NCBI GenBank assembly: GCA_041611735.1
Contig: JBFIML010000012.1
Location: 1 to 64,000, forward strand
From: Myxococcota bacterium
Lineage (GTDB): Bacteria > Myxococcota_A > UBA9160 > PR03
Reading direction: 5' to 3'
Length of the DNA: 64,000 nt
Below, one piece after another: positions 7,540 through 22,664 of the stretch. The position numbers were made by a program, and so were the translations under genes. The notes beneath the pieces were generated by a model that was not told the origin of the DNA, did not search any database, and saw nothing but the letters and a program-made list of their open reading frames with translations. Every line of letters starts with the position of its first letter. Positions within the stretch are counted from its first letter, which is position 1.

Positions 7540-9679
7540 CGATCCGCCTCAGGAAGAGGCGTCGCACGCCGCGGGCCAGGCGATACGCCACCGGTTCCGC
7601 GCCGTGGTCGAAGCGGACGTGGGCCCGGGCGCCGATGCCGTGCGCGCCGGCCCCGGCCGCAAGCTCCACCTCCAGCTGGAAGACGGGCTCGAGCGTCCGG
7701 AGTCCGTCCGGGTCTTCCGGATCGACCGCGAAGGGTCCACCCCCGGCGTGACCGAGGGCGCGGCTCGGAAGCGCGTCGGTCGCGGCCGGCACCTGGCGGC
7801 CCAGCGCGGCCGGCAGCACCTGCTCGGGGCGCCTCGCCAGCCGGACCTCGACCCCCCGCACCCGATCCCGCACCACGGCCACATCCGCCTGGGACACGAC
7901 GACCCGCACGGTCGGAATCGGTTGGCCCACGACCCAGCCGATCCGCTCCCCCTGGCGCACGAAGCGGCCGGCCAGGTCCGCCGCGTCGGGCACCACGAAG
8001 ACACCGTCGGCGGGGCTTCGCACCACCCCCTCTCCCATCCTCTCGCGGCCCCGGGCGAGCTCCGCCTCCTTGGTGACGAGCTCCTCCAGCGTGATCTGGG
8101 CCTTCACCAGCTCCGTGTGCCGTTCCGCGTGATGGCGCGCGCGGAGCTCCCGCACCTCCGCGTCCAGGACCGCCACCTCCGCCTTCAGCGAGGGGGCCTC
8201 GGTCAGGACGAGGGCATCGCCCACCTGGACCGTGGAGCCGGGAGGAGCCAGGGTGCGCGCGACGAAGCCCTCGGCGCCGGCCCGCACCTCGCTGCCCGGG
8301 GACGGCCACACGACCCCCTGCGCCCGGGTGGAGAACGGCAGCGGAAGCCCGAACCCCAGACCCAGGACGCCCAGCACCGCGCCCATCGAGAGCGCCACAG
8401 CCCTCGAACGCTGGCTGCCGAGGCGCGGGCTCGTGAGCACGAACAAGGCGTGCCGGACCGCGGGGACACCCACCTGGGTGACCAGGGCGGCCACGGCCAC
8501 CAGGAGACCCAGGCCGAGGAAGCGCCCTGCCAGGAAGAAGGCGATCGCCAGCAGGATGGCGGTCCGGTACACGAAGGAGGCGGGTCCGTAGCCAAGGAAC
8601 CAGCGCTCCTCGCCGGCCGCCGCTACCGGATAGCGCACCTGCGAGAGCCCGAAGCCATGTCGCAGCACGAGCCAGCCCCAGTACTGGTTGGAGCGCGCCG
8701 CCAGGTTCGGGATCTCGATCCAGTCGGAGAGCACGTAGTAGCCGTCGTAGCGGAGCAAGGGGTTGCCGTTGAAGAGCAGCGAGGAGGCGGCGCCGATCCA
8801 CACCACGTCGTACGCCAGGACCCGCAGCGCCCCGGGCTCGACCATCAACCACACCAACAGGGCAAGCGCCGCGAGGAAGAGCTCCACCAGCACGCCCGCC
8901 GCCCCGACCAGGGCGCGCTGGCCCTTGTCCGGAAGGACCGACGCCGCCGAGGCGTCCACGTAGGGGACCGGCATCAGGACCAGGAGCAGGATCCCCATCT
9001 CGTGGACCTCGCCGCCGTGCACCTTCACGGCGAAGGCGTGGCCCAGCTCGTGGAGCCCCTTGAGGACCGGATAGGCCAGCCAGAGCAGCAGCAGGTTGCG
9101 CGGCTCGAGGAGCGCGTCGCGCGCGCCGTGCGTGAGATCGCCCCAGTGCACGACGGCCAGCACCGCCGCCATGGCCACGAAGGCGCCCCAGACCAGCGCG
9201 CCGGCGCGGGAGAAGAGCGGGCGGACCCAGGGCAGGGCCCGTTCCAGGAAGGCATCCGGATCGACCAGGGGGATGCGTACCGCCAGGGGATTCGCGAAAC
9301 GACGCCACCATTCCTGCTGCTCGCGGCGCTGGCAGCGGCGCAGCAGCTCCTCCGTATCCGGCGAGACGTCGCACTGGAGCACGTCCGCGGCGTGCAGCAG
9401 ACCGAGCAGGCGGATGGCCTCGTCCTGGCTCGGCCCCTCGTCCCCCAGCACCGCCTGGGCGGCCTCCCAGATTTCCTGGGTGGTGCGCTGACCGTCCATG
9501 AGCGCCACCACCTGATACGCGGCGGGAGCGAGGCGGTGGCAGCGGCCGGAGGCACGATCCTCCAGCACGTACCAGACCTCGCCCCGGTAGAGATGCCGGT
9601 GGAAGCGGGCGTGGGGTCGCAGCTGGGGCCGCAGCCGGGCCACCCGATACCAGGATGCGCTGAAGAGCTTGCCGGACAC
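7532..9679 (-). CDS. M50 site-2 intramembrane metalloprotease with N-terminal PqqD/RRE-like domain and C-terminal HlyD-like adaptor domain
   Basis: HELGH and NPLLRYDG motifs, several TM helices; C-terminal RAGAEGFV...VRSPADGVF lipoyl/hairpin. Confidence 0.88.
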   Translation of the reverse strand: MSGKLFSASWYRVARLRPQLRPHARFHRHLYRGEVWYVLEDRASGRCHRLAPAAYQVVALMDGQRTTQEIWEAAQAVLGDEGPSQDEAIRLLGLLHAADVLQCDVSPDTEELLRRCQRREQQEWWRRFANPLAVRIPLVDPDAFLERALPWVRPLFSRAGALVWGAFVAMAAVLAVVHWGDLTHGARDALLEPRNLLLLWLAYPVLKGLHELGHAFAVKVHGGEVHEMGILLLVLMPVPYVDASAASVLPDKGQRALVGAAGVLVELFLAALALLVWLMVEPGALRVLAYDVVWIGAASSLLFNGNPLLRYDGYYVLSDWIEIPNLAARSNQYWGWLVLRHGFGLSQVRYPVAAAGEERWFLGYGPASFVYRTAILLAIAFFLAGRFLGLGLLVAVAALVTQVGVPAVRHALFVLTSPRLGSQRSRAVALSMGAVLGVLGLGFGLPLPFSTRAQGVVWPSPGSEVRAGAEGFVARTLAPPGSTVQVGDALVLTEAPSLKAEVAVLDAEVRELRARHHAERHTELVKAQITLEELVTKEAELARGRERMGEGVVRSPADGVFVVPDAADLAGRFVRQGERIGWVVGQPIPTVRVVVSQADVAVVRDRVRGVEVRLARRPEQVLPAALGRQVPAATDALPSRALGHAGGGPFAVDPEDPDGLRTLEPVFQLEVELAAGAGAHGIGARAHVRFDHGAEPVAYRLARGVRRLFLRRIGV

Positions 9680-9691
9680 GCTGGCGCCGCC

Positions 9692-11146
9692 TCAGGGCAG
9701 CCAGGACCACGCCGCCAGGCGCAGCGCGTCCACCAGCCGGTGGCTTGCGATCCAGAGCAGCGAGCGCCGCCCCACCTCGATCTTCGCCATCCCCTCCATG
9801 CCCGGCCGCAGGGACTGGGAGGGCTCCTCCTCGAGGTGGGCCTCGACGCGAAAGGTGTTGCGGCCGTCCTCGGCCGTGGCGACCGGTGTGATCTGCTCGA
9901 CGGCCAGACCGAGGGATCTGCCGGGCAGCGCCGCGAGGGCCAGCCGACCGCGGGCCCCCTCTACCAGCTCGGCCATGTCCTGGTCGTCGACCTTGAGGAT
10001 GATCCGGTAGCCATCGAGGGGAGCGACCTCGAAGAGGACGGCGCCCTTGTCCACCGGAGCGCCCAGGGACTGACTCAGGTCCCCCCGCACCACCACGCCG
10101 TCGAAGGGCGCCACCAGCTGGGTCCGCACCAGGTTCTCCTCGAGCAGCTCGAGCTGGGCCTCCGCCTGGGCGATCTTCGCGCCGAGGATCGCCACCTCGG
10201 CGCGATCGTGACCGGCCAGGGCTTCGCGATGCTCCTTGCGGAGCTGCTCGCGACGGCCCAGCGTCTTGCGGCGCTCGAGGCGAAGGTCCCGCTCGTCGAG
10301 CCGCGCCAGCACCTGCCCTTCCTGGACGACGTCGCCAGCACGCGCGTGAGCCTCCGCCACGTAGCCATCCAGGCCGGCCACGATGGCCCGCTGCACGCGT
10401 CCTTCGAGGGTGGCCTCGGCGATGATGCGGTGGCGGACGGGGACCCACGCGAGCAGGGCGACGACCAGGACGACGAGGCCGGCGCTCGCCTTGGTCTGCG
10501 GATGCCCCGGCTCTCTCAGGCGCACGAACAGACCGCGCAGGGCCTCCCGCCCGCGCTCCAGGAGACGTGTCTCGGCGGCCTGCGCCAGCACCAGGACGGG
10601 CGCCAGCAGCTCGGCCGCTCCGGTGCAGAACGACAGCGCCTCTGCATCGAAGGCGGGCCCTCGCGACCGCTCCAGCGTGAGCGCTCCGATCACCGCCCCC
10701 CGGTGCGCCAGGGGCACTGTGCAGGCGGCCGTCCCGCCGTGACGGGTGGCGAGCTCCTCGTGTGCTCGAGTGATCCGCAGCGCCGCTCCGGGAACCACGG
10801 GATGCGTGAGCACCGCGTCCTGATCGGCCGCCTCCTCCATGGCTGCGGTCAGGTCCCGCGCCAGATTCGCCCGGGGGTCGAAGCGCGCGCTGTGCGAGAG
10901 CGCGACCACGCGCATCTGGCCGCGGCGCACGAGCCCCAGGCTCACGCGCTCGGCGCGCAGCCGGGTCGCGAGCTCGGTGGCGACGGCGGTGGCCGTGGCC
11001 CGCAGACCGCGCTGGGCCAGGGCCACGCTCAGCAGCTCGAGGCACGCCCCGGCGCGATCGGCAACGGCCCCCTGGCCTTGTGAGCGGGCTACGGATTGCA
11101 GGGCGACGAGCTCCCGGTGGAGGAAGTGCTCGGCGGACGGGCCCAA
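9692..11146 (-). CDS. GAF domain + HlyD-family membrane fusion protein
   Basis: GAF (ERVSLG...[18 protein letters not shown]), [10 protein letters not shown]...[19 protein letters not shown]. Start uncertain (TTG 11146, or CTG 11101 after GGGAG). Confidence 0.85.
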   Translation of the reverse strand: MGPSAEHFLHRELVALQSVARSQGQGAVADRAGACLELLSVALAQRGLRATATAVATELATRLRAERVSLGLVRRGQMRVVALSHSARFDPRANLARDLTAAMEEAADQDAVLTHPVVPGAALRITRAHEELATRHGGTAACTVPLAHRGAVIGALTLERSRGPAFDAEALSFCTGAAELLAPVLVLAQAAETRLLERGREALRGLFVRLREPGHPQTKASAGLVVLVVALLAWVPVRHRIIAEATLEGRVQRAIVAGLDGYVAEAHARAGDVVQEGQVLARLDERDLRLERRKTLGRREQLRKEHREALAGHDRAEVAILGAKIAQAEAQLELLEENLVRTQLVAPFDGVVVRGDLSQSLGAPVDKGAVLFEVAPLDGYRIILKVDDQDMAELVEGARGRLALAALPGRSLGLAVEQITPVATAEDGRNTFRVEAHLEEEPSQSLRPGMEGMAKIEVGRRSLLWIASHRLVDALRLAAWSWLP

Positions 11147-11165
11147 TGCCCGCCCCCGGATGGTG

Positions 11166-11263
11166 TATTCGTCGCTCCCGTGAGGCGGCTTGAAGCGCTC
11201 CGCGGAGGGGATTCCCCCCAGAAGCCTGGGCCGCTCAAGCAGGGCCCTCGGGCACTCCGATAT
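11166..11263. promoter_or_regulatory. Divergent pair of putative sigma28-like promoters: minus TCAAG-N15-GACGAATA (11166-11193), plus TCAAG-N16-TCCGATAT (11235-11263)
   Basis: Back-to-back motifs in the gap between the secretion operon and the kinase operon. Confidence 0.5.
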
Positions 11264-11341
11264 GTCTCCCGCCGAGGAGGCGGCGCGTCCCGTTGGGAGT
11301 CGGCCTCCAGGCCTCCCGCGGCAAGGCGCCAGGAAGGTCCG

Positions 11342-14213
<2,872 letters not shown>

Positions 14214-14221
<8 letters not shown>

Positions 14222-16364
14222 AGGCCCGCTTCGCCGCAACGCGCCCCGCGCCCTGGTAGTGGACGACGACCCGGTGATCCGACTCCTGGCGGCCCAGGCC
14301 CTGGCCACGCTGGGCTTCCAGGTGGAGGAGGCGGAGGACGGAGAGAGTGCCCTCGCCGCAGTGGATCGCGCCGCGCCGGACCTGGTGATGCTCGACGTGG
14401 AGATGCCGGGACTGGACGGCTTCGAGACCTGCGCCGCCCTTCGCCAGCGCCCGCACGGCCGGGAGATCCCCGTGCTGGTCGCTACGGGCCACACGGATGT
14501 CGAGACCATCGACGAGGCCTTCCGGGTCGGCGCCACGGACTTCATCAAGAAGCCCCTCGACTGGCAGATCCTCCAGCACCGGGTGCGCTTCGTGATGCGC
14601 GCGAGCCACGCCTTCTCGGAGCTGCGCAGCACGCTCTCCGACCTGCGGCAGAGCCAGGAGCGGCTCGCCAACGCGCAGCGCATCGCCCGGATCGGAAACT
14701 GGGAGTGGACCCCTGGCGAAACGGAGATGCTCTGGTCCGAGGAGCTCCACCGGATCTTCGGCGTGGAGCCCGGCCCGGGGGCCTCCAGCTACGCCGCCTT
14801 CCTGGCCGTGGTGCACCCGGACGATCGCGAACGCCTCGAGAAGGCCATGCAGGCCGCCCTGTGCGAGAGCAAGGCCTGGAGCCTGGAACATCGCATCGTC
14901 TCCTTCTCCTCCCAGCATCGACGCGTGGTGCAACACCAGGCGGAGGTGGCGCGAGGCCCGGACGGCACGCCGGAGCGCCTCTACGGCATCGTGCAGGATG
15001 TCACCGAGAGCCGCCAGGCCGCGGAGCGAATCCGACACCTGTCCTACTACGACAGCGTCACGGCCCTGCCCAACCGTCGCATGCTGAGCGACTATCTGAA
15101 GGGCCTGCTCGAACAGGCGGCCCGACAGCAGGAGCCCCTCGCCTTGCTGCACCTGAGCCTCGATCGGTTCAAGCGCATCAACGAGACACTGGGCCCCACC
15201 CTGGCCGATCGCCTGCTGCGCGCGGTGGCCACCCGCCTCAGCGGCCGCGTCCGCACCACCGACTCCGTCGGCCGGCTGCAGGACATGGAGCCCGCCAAGG
15301 TGTCGCGCCTCGGTGGTGACGAGTTCGCCATCGTGCTCCACGTCATCCGCTCCGCGAACGACGCGGCCCACGTGGCGGGGCGCGTGCTCGAGTCGCTGCG
15401 CGAACCCTTCCGCATCGAGGGGCACGATCTGGTGCTCACCGCGAGCCTGGGCATCGCGGTGTATCCGGGAGACGGCACGACTCCCGAGACCCTCATGCGC
15501 AGCGCCAATGCGGCCATGCACCACGCCAAGAGCGTTCGGAACGCCTACCGCTTCTTCAGTGAGGCCATGAATGAGAGTGCTTTGCGCAATCTCCGCCTCG
15601 AGAATGCGCTGCGGGGCGCCGCCATTCGGGGCGAGCTCCTGCTCCTCTACCAGCCCCAGCTCGAAACCCGCACGGATCGCCTGATCAGCGCCGAAGCGCT
15701 GGTCCGCTGGCGCTCGCCCGAGTTCGGCCTGGTCAGCCCGGGCGAGTTCATCCCGTTGGCGGAGCAGACGGGTCTCATCGAGCCGATCGGCGAGTGGGTG
15801 CTCGAGGCCGCCTGCGCCCAGCTGCGCGCCTGGCGCGCCGCGGGCCTCGCGCCGCTCCGGGTGGCCGCCAACGTCTCGAGTCATCAGGTGCGCAGGCCGC
15901 AGCTCGTGGACACGGTGGCACGGCTGCTGCAGCAGTACGCGGTGGATCCGAGCTGCCTCGAGCTCGAGATCACGGAAAGCGCCCTGCTCGCCGACGAGCC
16001 GGTGGTGATAAAGACGCTCCAGGGCCTCAAGGCGTTGGGCGTACGCCTCGCCCTGGACGACTTCGGCACCGGCTTCTCCTCGCTGAGCCACCTGGTGCGC
16101 TTCCCGATCGACGCGGTCAAGATCGACCGCTTGTTCGTGAGCGACATCGACTCGGGCGGCCAGGGGGTCGGCATCGTGGCCGCGGTCCTGGCCATGGCCC
16201 GGAGGCTCGAGCTCACGGTCACGGCGGAAGGGGTCGAGACCGCAGAGCAGGCCGCGTACCTGCGCCGCGAGGGCTGCGACTTCCTGCAGGGCTACCTGCT
16301 GGGCCGGCCCGAGGAGCCCGCCGCCCTGGCGGAGCGGCTGCGGAAGACGTCGTCCGGGACCTGA
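14214..16364 (+). CDS. REC-PAS-GGDEF-EAL c-di-GMP enzyme (likely phosphodiesterase)
   Basis: ATG overlaps the kinase stop; [51 protein letters not shown]. Confidence 0.93.
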
Positions 16365-16373
16365 CCCGCACCC

Positions 16374-16724
16374 CTACCAGCGGGAGCCGGACCGCAGCGG
16401 GTCGCGCCCGAAGAACTCGAGCGGCTCGTCCAAGGTGAGGTGGTCCGGGACGATCACGTAGTCGCCGCGCAGGGCGGGCTGGATCAGGGTGCGCCCGATC
16501 TCCCGATCGCCACCGGTCAGCGCCCAGGCGGCCACGCCCGTGGTCCCTCCGAGCAGCGCATACACCACCTTGACGGGTCCGTACACCAGGTTCAGCACGG
16601 CACACGTGGTTCCGAGAGCGAATTCGGTGACGGCCCAGCGCTCCTGGGCCTGGGCCGACGACGGCGTCGCCACGGCCAGCAAGACCGCCACGAGCGCAAT
16701 CCCGAGCGAGCGAGCGATTCGCAT
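16374..16724 (-). CDS. Small exported/membrane hypothetical protein
   Basis: Signal peptide (...SSAQA), hydrophobic glycine-rich hairpin; TAGAAT 6 nt before the ATG. Confidence 0.7.
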   Translation of the reverse strand: MRIARSLGIALVAVLLAVATPSSAQAQERWAVTEFALGTTCAVLNLVYGPVKVVYALLGGTTGVAAWALTGGDREIGRTLIQPALRGDYVIVPDHLTLDEPLEFFGRDPLRSGSRW

Positions 16725-16773
16725 GCCTAGATTCTAGCGCGGCGCCCAGGGCGGCGCGCGGACCGCGAGCAGC

Positions 16774-16850
16774 TGGTGACCCAGGCAGGATTCGAACCTG
16801 CGACCTCTTGCTCCGGAGGCAAGCGCTCTATCCAACTGAGCTACTGGGCC
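16774..16850 (-). tRNA. tRNA-Arg(CCG)
   Basis: GGCCCAG acceptor stem, CTTGC-CTCCGGA-GCAAG anticodon arm, GGTTCGAATC T-loop, 3' CCA. Confidence 0.96.
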
Positions 16851-16902
16851 CAGCGGGCCAGCGAGCCGTGCAGGCGCGCCCGAAGTACGCGCCGAGAAGC
16901 GA

Positions 16903-16978
16903 TGGTGGGACCTACTGGGCTCGAACCAGTGACCTCCGCGGTGTGAACACGGCGCTCTCCCAACTGAGCTAAGGTCCC
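16903..16978 (-). tRNA. tRNA-Val(CAC)
   Basis: GGGACCT acceptor stem, CCGTG-TTCACAC-CGCGG anticodon arm, GGTTCGAGC T-loop, 3' CCA. Confidence 0.96.
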
Positions 16979-17038
16979 AATCTCCCGATCATTCCTAGTC
17001 GAGCGGGCCCGGCTTGGCAAGCCCGGGTCACTGCCTCG

Positions 17039-18795
<1,757 letters not shown>

Positions 18796-18812
18796 ACCGC
18801 CTCCCGCGGCGC

Positions 18813-19850
18813 TCAGGGAACGAAGGGCGCCTCGAGCAGCCCCTCGGTCTCCGGCCAACCGCGCATCCGGTTCATGCACTGGACCGCCTGCCCCCCGGCT
18901 CCCTTCACCAGGTTGTCGAGGGCCGAGAGCAGGATCACGGTGCCGGTGCGCCCGTCCGCCCAGGCGCCCACGTCGCAGAAGTTGCTGCCCCGCACGCCGG
19001 CCAGGCTCGGCGTCTCGCCCACCGGCAGCACCCGTACGAAGGGCTCATCGGCATAGGCCCCCTCCAGCACGGCCCGCGCCCGCTCGCCGGAGAGGGGACG
19101 TCGCGGTCTGGCGTATACCGCACACACGATGCCTCGGATGGTCGGGATCAGGTGCGGCGTGAAGACCACTCGCACCGCCTCGCCGGCCACCGTCCCGGCC
19201 TGCTCCTCGATCTCCGGAACGTGGCGGTGGACGCCTCCCACCTTGTAGGCCCGGCAGTTCTCGTCGAGCTCGGCGAAGAGATAGTCCTCCTCGGTCCTTC
19301 GACCGGCGCCGGACACCCCGGACTTCGCGTCGATCACGATCGACCCGGGCTCGAGGCAGCCCTCGCGCAGGAAGGGCAGCAGCGGAAGCAGGGCCGCCGT
19401 CGGGTAGCAGCCCGGCGCCGCCACCAGCTCCGCGTGGGCCAGGGCTTCCCGGTGCCACTCGGGCAGCCCGTAGACGGCGCTCCCCAGCAGCTCCGGAGCC
19501 CCGTGCTCCCCGTACCAGGCGGCGTAGTTCTCGGCGCTCCGCAGCCGGAAGTCCGCCGAGAGGTCGATGACCACGAGCCCCGCCTTGCGCAGGTCGCGCA
19601 CCATGGGGGCGGACGCGGCATGGGGCAGGGCCGTGAACGCCAGCTCCGCCCGACCCGCCAGGGCCGCGGGATCGGCGGCTTCGAAGCAGAGGGGAAGCAG
19701 CCCACGCAGGGCCGGGAAGGCGTCGCCCACCGGGCGCCCGGCGCGCCGCTCCGAGGTCACCGCCACCAGCTCCGCCCGCGGGTGACGCAGCAGGATGCGG
19801 AGCAGCTCGAGACCCGTGTAGCCGCTGGCCCCGACCACGGCCACGCGCAT
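18813..19850 (-). CDS. argC: N-acetyl-gamma-glutamyl-phosphate reductase
   Basis: GASGYTG, DLSADFRL, APGCYPT, SGVSGAGR, DNLVKGAGGQAVQ. Confidence 0.96.
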   Translation of the reverse strand: MRVAVVGASGYTGLELLRILLRHPRAELVAVTSERRAGRPVGDAFPALRGLLPLCFEAADPAALAGRAELAFTALPHAASAPMVRDLRKAGLVVIDLSADFRLRSAENYAAWYGEHGAPELLGSAVYGLPEWHREALAHAELVAAPGCYPTAALLPLLPFLREGCLEPGSIVIDAKSGVSGAGRRTEEDYLFAELDENCRAYKVGGVHRHVPEIEEQAGTVAGEAVRVVFTPHLIPTIRGIVCAVYARPRRPLSGERARAVLEGAYADEPFVRVLPVGETPSLAGVRGSNFCDVGAWADGRTGTVILLSALDNLVKGAGGQAVQCMNRMRGWPETEGLLEAPFVP

Positions 19851-19916
19851 CACATCCCTCCTCGGCTCCTCAGCTCGCGGACCCTCGTTTCGCCCAAACC
19901 CGGCTTCCCGCCGCCG

Positions 19917-19953
19917 AAAACGGCGACGGGAGGCCGCCCGGCCTCCCGTCGTC
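19917..19953 (-). terminator. Putative intrinsic terminator after rplM-rpsI
   Basis: 14-bp stem GACGACGGGAGGCC/GGCCTCCCGTCGCC (one mismatch) followed by GTTTT on the minus strand. Confidence 0.55.
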
Positions 19954-19981
19954 CCGATCTGGACGGCCGAGCGCCGGCCTC

Positions 19982-20383
19982 CTAGCGCTTCGAGAACTGG
20001 AAGCGCGCCCGCGCGCCGCGCTGTCCGTACTTCTTGCGCTCCTTCTTGCGCGCATCCCGGGTCAGGAAGCCACCGCGCTTGAGCACCGGGCGCAGGCCCG
20101 GATCGAGCTTCTCGAGCGCCCGTGAGATGCCGTGCCGCAGGGCGCCCGCCTGGCCCGAGGGCCCTCCGCCGCGCACGCTCGCCGACACGTCGTAGCGGGT
20201 CACCGCATTGGCCTGGTCGAGCGGCTGCTTGACCAGGATGCGCAGCACCTCCCGCCCGAAGTACTCGTCCAGGGGCCGGCCGTTCACCAGCAGGTTCCCG
20301 GCCCCGAGCTGCATGCGGACCCGGGCGACGGAGGTCTTGCGCCGGCCGGTCGCGATGGCGGCAGTGGATACGCTCTCAGCCAA
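19982..20383 (-). CDS. rpsI: 30S ribosomal protein S9
   Basis: [28 protein letters not shown]...QFSKR. Confidence 0.97.
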   Translation of the reverse strand: MAESVSTAAIATGRRKTSVARVRMQLGAGNLLVNGRPLDEYFGREVLRILVKQPLDQANAVTRYDVSASVRGGGPSGQAGALRHGISRALEKLDPGLRPVLKRGGFLTRDARKKERKKYGQRGARARFQFSKR

Positions 20384-20828
20384 CGTGCAATTCCTCCGGC
20401 TTCTGCGCCGCGTGCGGATGCTCCGGACCGGCGTAGACCTTGAGCTTGCGCTGGAGCTTGCGGCCCAGGCTGTTCTTGGGCAGCATGCCCTTCACCGCGC
20501 GCTCGATCACGCGCTCCGGACGCGCCCCCTCCAGCACCGCCTCCGCCGTCTCGGTGCGCAGCCCGCCCATGTAGCCCGAGTGATGGTAGTAGATCTTGCG
20601 CTCCCGCTTGCGTCCCGTGAGGCGCACCTTCTCGGCATTCACGACGATGACGAAGTCGCCGACATCGGCGTGGGGCGTGAAGGCCGCGCGATGCTTGCCG
20701 CGCAGCAGCGACGCCACGCGCGTGGCCAGGCGCCCGAGCACCTGGTCGGCCGCGTCCACCACGTGCCAGTGGGGCGACACGTCACCCGGGCGGGCGCTAC
20801 GAGTGACGCGGGGCGGACGGGCAGCCAT
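20376..20828 (-). CDS. rplM: 50S ribosomal protein L13
   Basis: [46 protein letters not shown]. Confidence 0.97.
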   Translation of the reverse strand: MAARPPRVTRSARPGDVSPHWHVVDAADQVLGRLATRVASLLRGKHRAAFTPHADVGDFVIVVNAEKVRLTGRKRERKIYYHHSGYMGGLRTETAEAVLEGARPERVIERAVKGMLPKNSLGRKLQRKLKVYAGPEHPHAAQKPEELHVG

Positions 20829-20878
20829 GGGGTCGCTCCCTGGGATCCGAGTACGGGTAGCCGAGGGGGGTCCCGGCG

Positions 20879-21658
20879 TCAAGAGCCCCGACGCCGCAAG
20901 TCCGCGCCCGGTGGGCGGAATCCGTACTCGACGCGCACCAGGGTGAGGCCCCGGGCGGGGGCGGTGGGCCCGGCTCGGCGCCGGTCCCGAGCCGCCAGCA
21001 GCTCCGCCATCGAGTCGGCAGCCCGGCGGCCGCGGCCCACCTCCAGCAGGGTCCCTGCCAGGGTGCGCACCATGTGGCGCAGGAAGCCGCTTCCCTCCAC
21101 CTCCAGCTGGAGCGCCCCGGCGCCACGACCGCGCAGCTCGAGCCGGGTGAGGGTGCGACGCGTGGTGAGCACGCTCGAACCCGAGGCCTGGAAGCTCGCG
21201 AAGTCGTGTTCGCCCACGAGCGCCGCGGCCGCCTCCCGCATGGCGTCGAGATCCAGAGCGGCCCGCACCCACACGGAGCGACGCGCCCGCAGCGGCGAGG
21301 GCGCCCGCCCGTTCCAGATCATGTATCGGTAGAGCTTGGAGCGCGCGTCCCGCCGGGCGTGGAAGCTGCCGGGAGCGCGGGCGAGGCGTACCACCGCCAC
21401 GTCCCGGGGCAGCACGGCATTCAGGGCCCGCGCCAGCGCCGCCGGGACCACGCGCGTCTCCAACTGCACGTTCGCCACCTGCCCTTCCGCGTGCACGCCC
21501 GCGTCGGTGCGGCCGGCTCCCATCACGGCGGCCCGGCGCCCCGTCACGCGGGTGATGGCGGCCTCGAGCGCTCCCTGCACCGTGCGCCGCCCGGCCTGGG
21601 CCTGCCAGCCCGCGAAGTCCGTGCCGTCGTACTCGAGGAGCAGCCGGTAGTTCGCCAT
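20879..21658 (-). CDS. truA: tRNA pseudouridine(38-40) synthase
   Basis: [40 protein letters not shown] 21658. Confidence 0.95.
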   Translation of the reverse strand: MANYRLLLEYDGTDFAGWQAQAGRRTVQGALEAAITRVTGRRAAVMGAGRTDAGVHAEGQVANVQLETRVVPAALARALNAVLPRDVAVVRLARAPGSFHARRDARSKLYRYMIWNGRAPSPLRARRSVWVRAALDLDAMREAAAALVGEHDFASFQASGSSVLTTRRTLTRLELRGRGAGALQLEVEGSGFLRHMVRTLAGTLLEVGRGRRAADSMAELLAARDRRRAGPTAPARGLTLVRVEYGFRPPGADLRRRGS

Positions 21659-21665
21659 CCCGCCG

Positions 21666-22664
21666 CTAGCCGGCGCGGAGACGCGCCTCGGCCAGGCGCA
21701 CCGCATTTGCAGCGGCGAGGCGCAGGGTGTCGGCAGCGAGCCACAGCAGGATCCCGCCCGCGCAGCTCGGGTCGCGCCGCACGCGACCCACCTGCACCAC
21801 GTCGCGCCCCGTAGTGCCCCGCGTGGTGGGGCCGGAACCCTCCTCCCACAGGCGCACGCCCTCGGCGTCGCGCAGCACGGCCCGCGCGGCCTCGACCGCC
21901 GCCGGGCGCTCGATCTCCAGGGCCAGGGAGCCGCCGTCGCCGCAGAAGGTCGGCACCTGCACCGCCGTCGCCGCCACGGCGACCTTCCCGCCGAGCACGC
22001 GCCGCACCGCCGCCGCGAGCGCCGCCTCCGCGCGCGTGGCGCCGTCCGGCTCGGGCTCGCCGAGGCCCGACATGCAGTCGAAGGCCACCGGGTGGCCGAA
22101 CACCTGGGGCGCGGGGGGATCCTGCTGGTTGAAGAGGGCGATGCTCTCGCTCGAGAGCGCCTCGATCCCCCGGCGGCCGCTACCCGAGGCGGCCTCGAGG
22201 GCGGTCCCCACCACGCGCCGCAGCCCGAACTCCCGCTGCAGGGGCGCGAGGGCGAGGATCCAGGCCAGGGCGGGTCCGGCGGGAGTGGACACCAGGGGTT
22301 GCGCCAGCGCCTCCCGGGGCGCGTGCGCTCCGGCCACCAGCAGCGGGACCCCCGCCTGTCCGGCCAGCCCGCCGGAGAGGTCCACGGTCGCCCCCGCACC
22401 GCGCAGGGCGGCCGGGGCCAGATCCAGGCAGACCGCCGGGGGCGCGCACAGGAAGATCCAGTCCAGGCGGTCCGGATCCGGGAGCTCGCCCGCGACCGGG
22501 TACGGCTCGCCGCGGAAGTCGATGGCGTCGCCGGCCGAGCGCGGCCCGGCCACCAGCACCAGCTCGCGTACCGGAAAGCGCCGTTCCTCGAGCACCGAGA
22601 GCACCTCGCTCCCGAGCGCGCCCGTGGCCCCCACCACCGCCACCCGCCAGCCGGCGCCGCTCAC
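21666..22664 (-). CDS. Aspartate-semialdehyde dehydrogenase-like (Usg-like) protein lacking catalytic residues
   Basis: [11 protein letters not shown]ossmann motif, AASGSG, VGRVRRD. The usual NPNC is replaced by TPAG and RVP..GH by QVPTFCGD. Confidence 0.85.
   Translation of the reverse strand: MSGAGWRVAVVGATGALGSEVLSVLEERRFPVRELVLVAGPRSAGDAIDFRGEPYPVAGELPDPDRLDWIFLCAPPAVCLDLAPAALRGAGATVDLSGGLAGQAGVPLLVAGAHAPREALAQPLVSTPAGPALAWILALAPLQREFGLRRVVGTALEAASGSGRRGIEALSSESIALFNQQDPPAPQVFGHPVAFDCMSGLGEPEPDGATRAEAALAAAVRRVLGGKVAVAATAVQVPTFCGDGGSLALEIERPAAVEAARAVLRDAEGVRLWEEGSGPTTRGTTGRDVVQVGRVRRDPSCAGGILLWLAADTLRLAAANAVRLAEARLRAG

Noticed and set aside
5071-11083. Very long ORFs of 1001, 1159 and 1264 aa overlapping the secretion operon
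   Set aside because: Stop-poor alternative frames typical of high-GC DNA; the motif-bearing frames are the ones called.
16774-16850. tRNA-Arg 3' end as an island attachment site for the accessory region
   Set aside because: No integrase, no duplicated tRNA end and no obvious composition shift in the window; cannot be excluded beyond the left edge.
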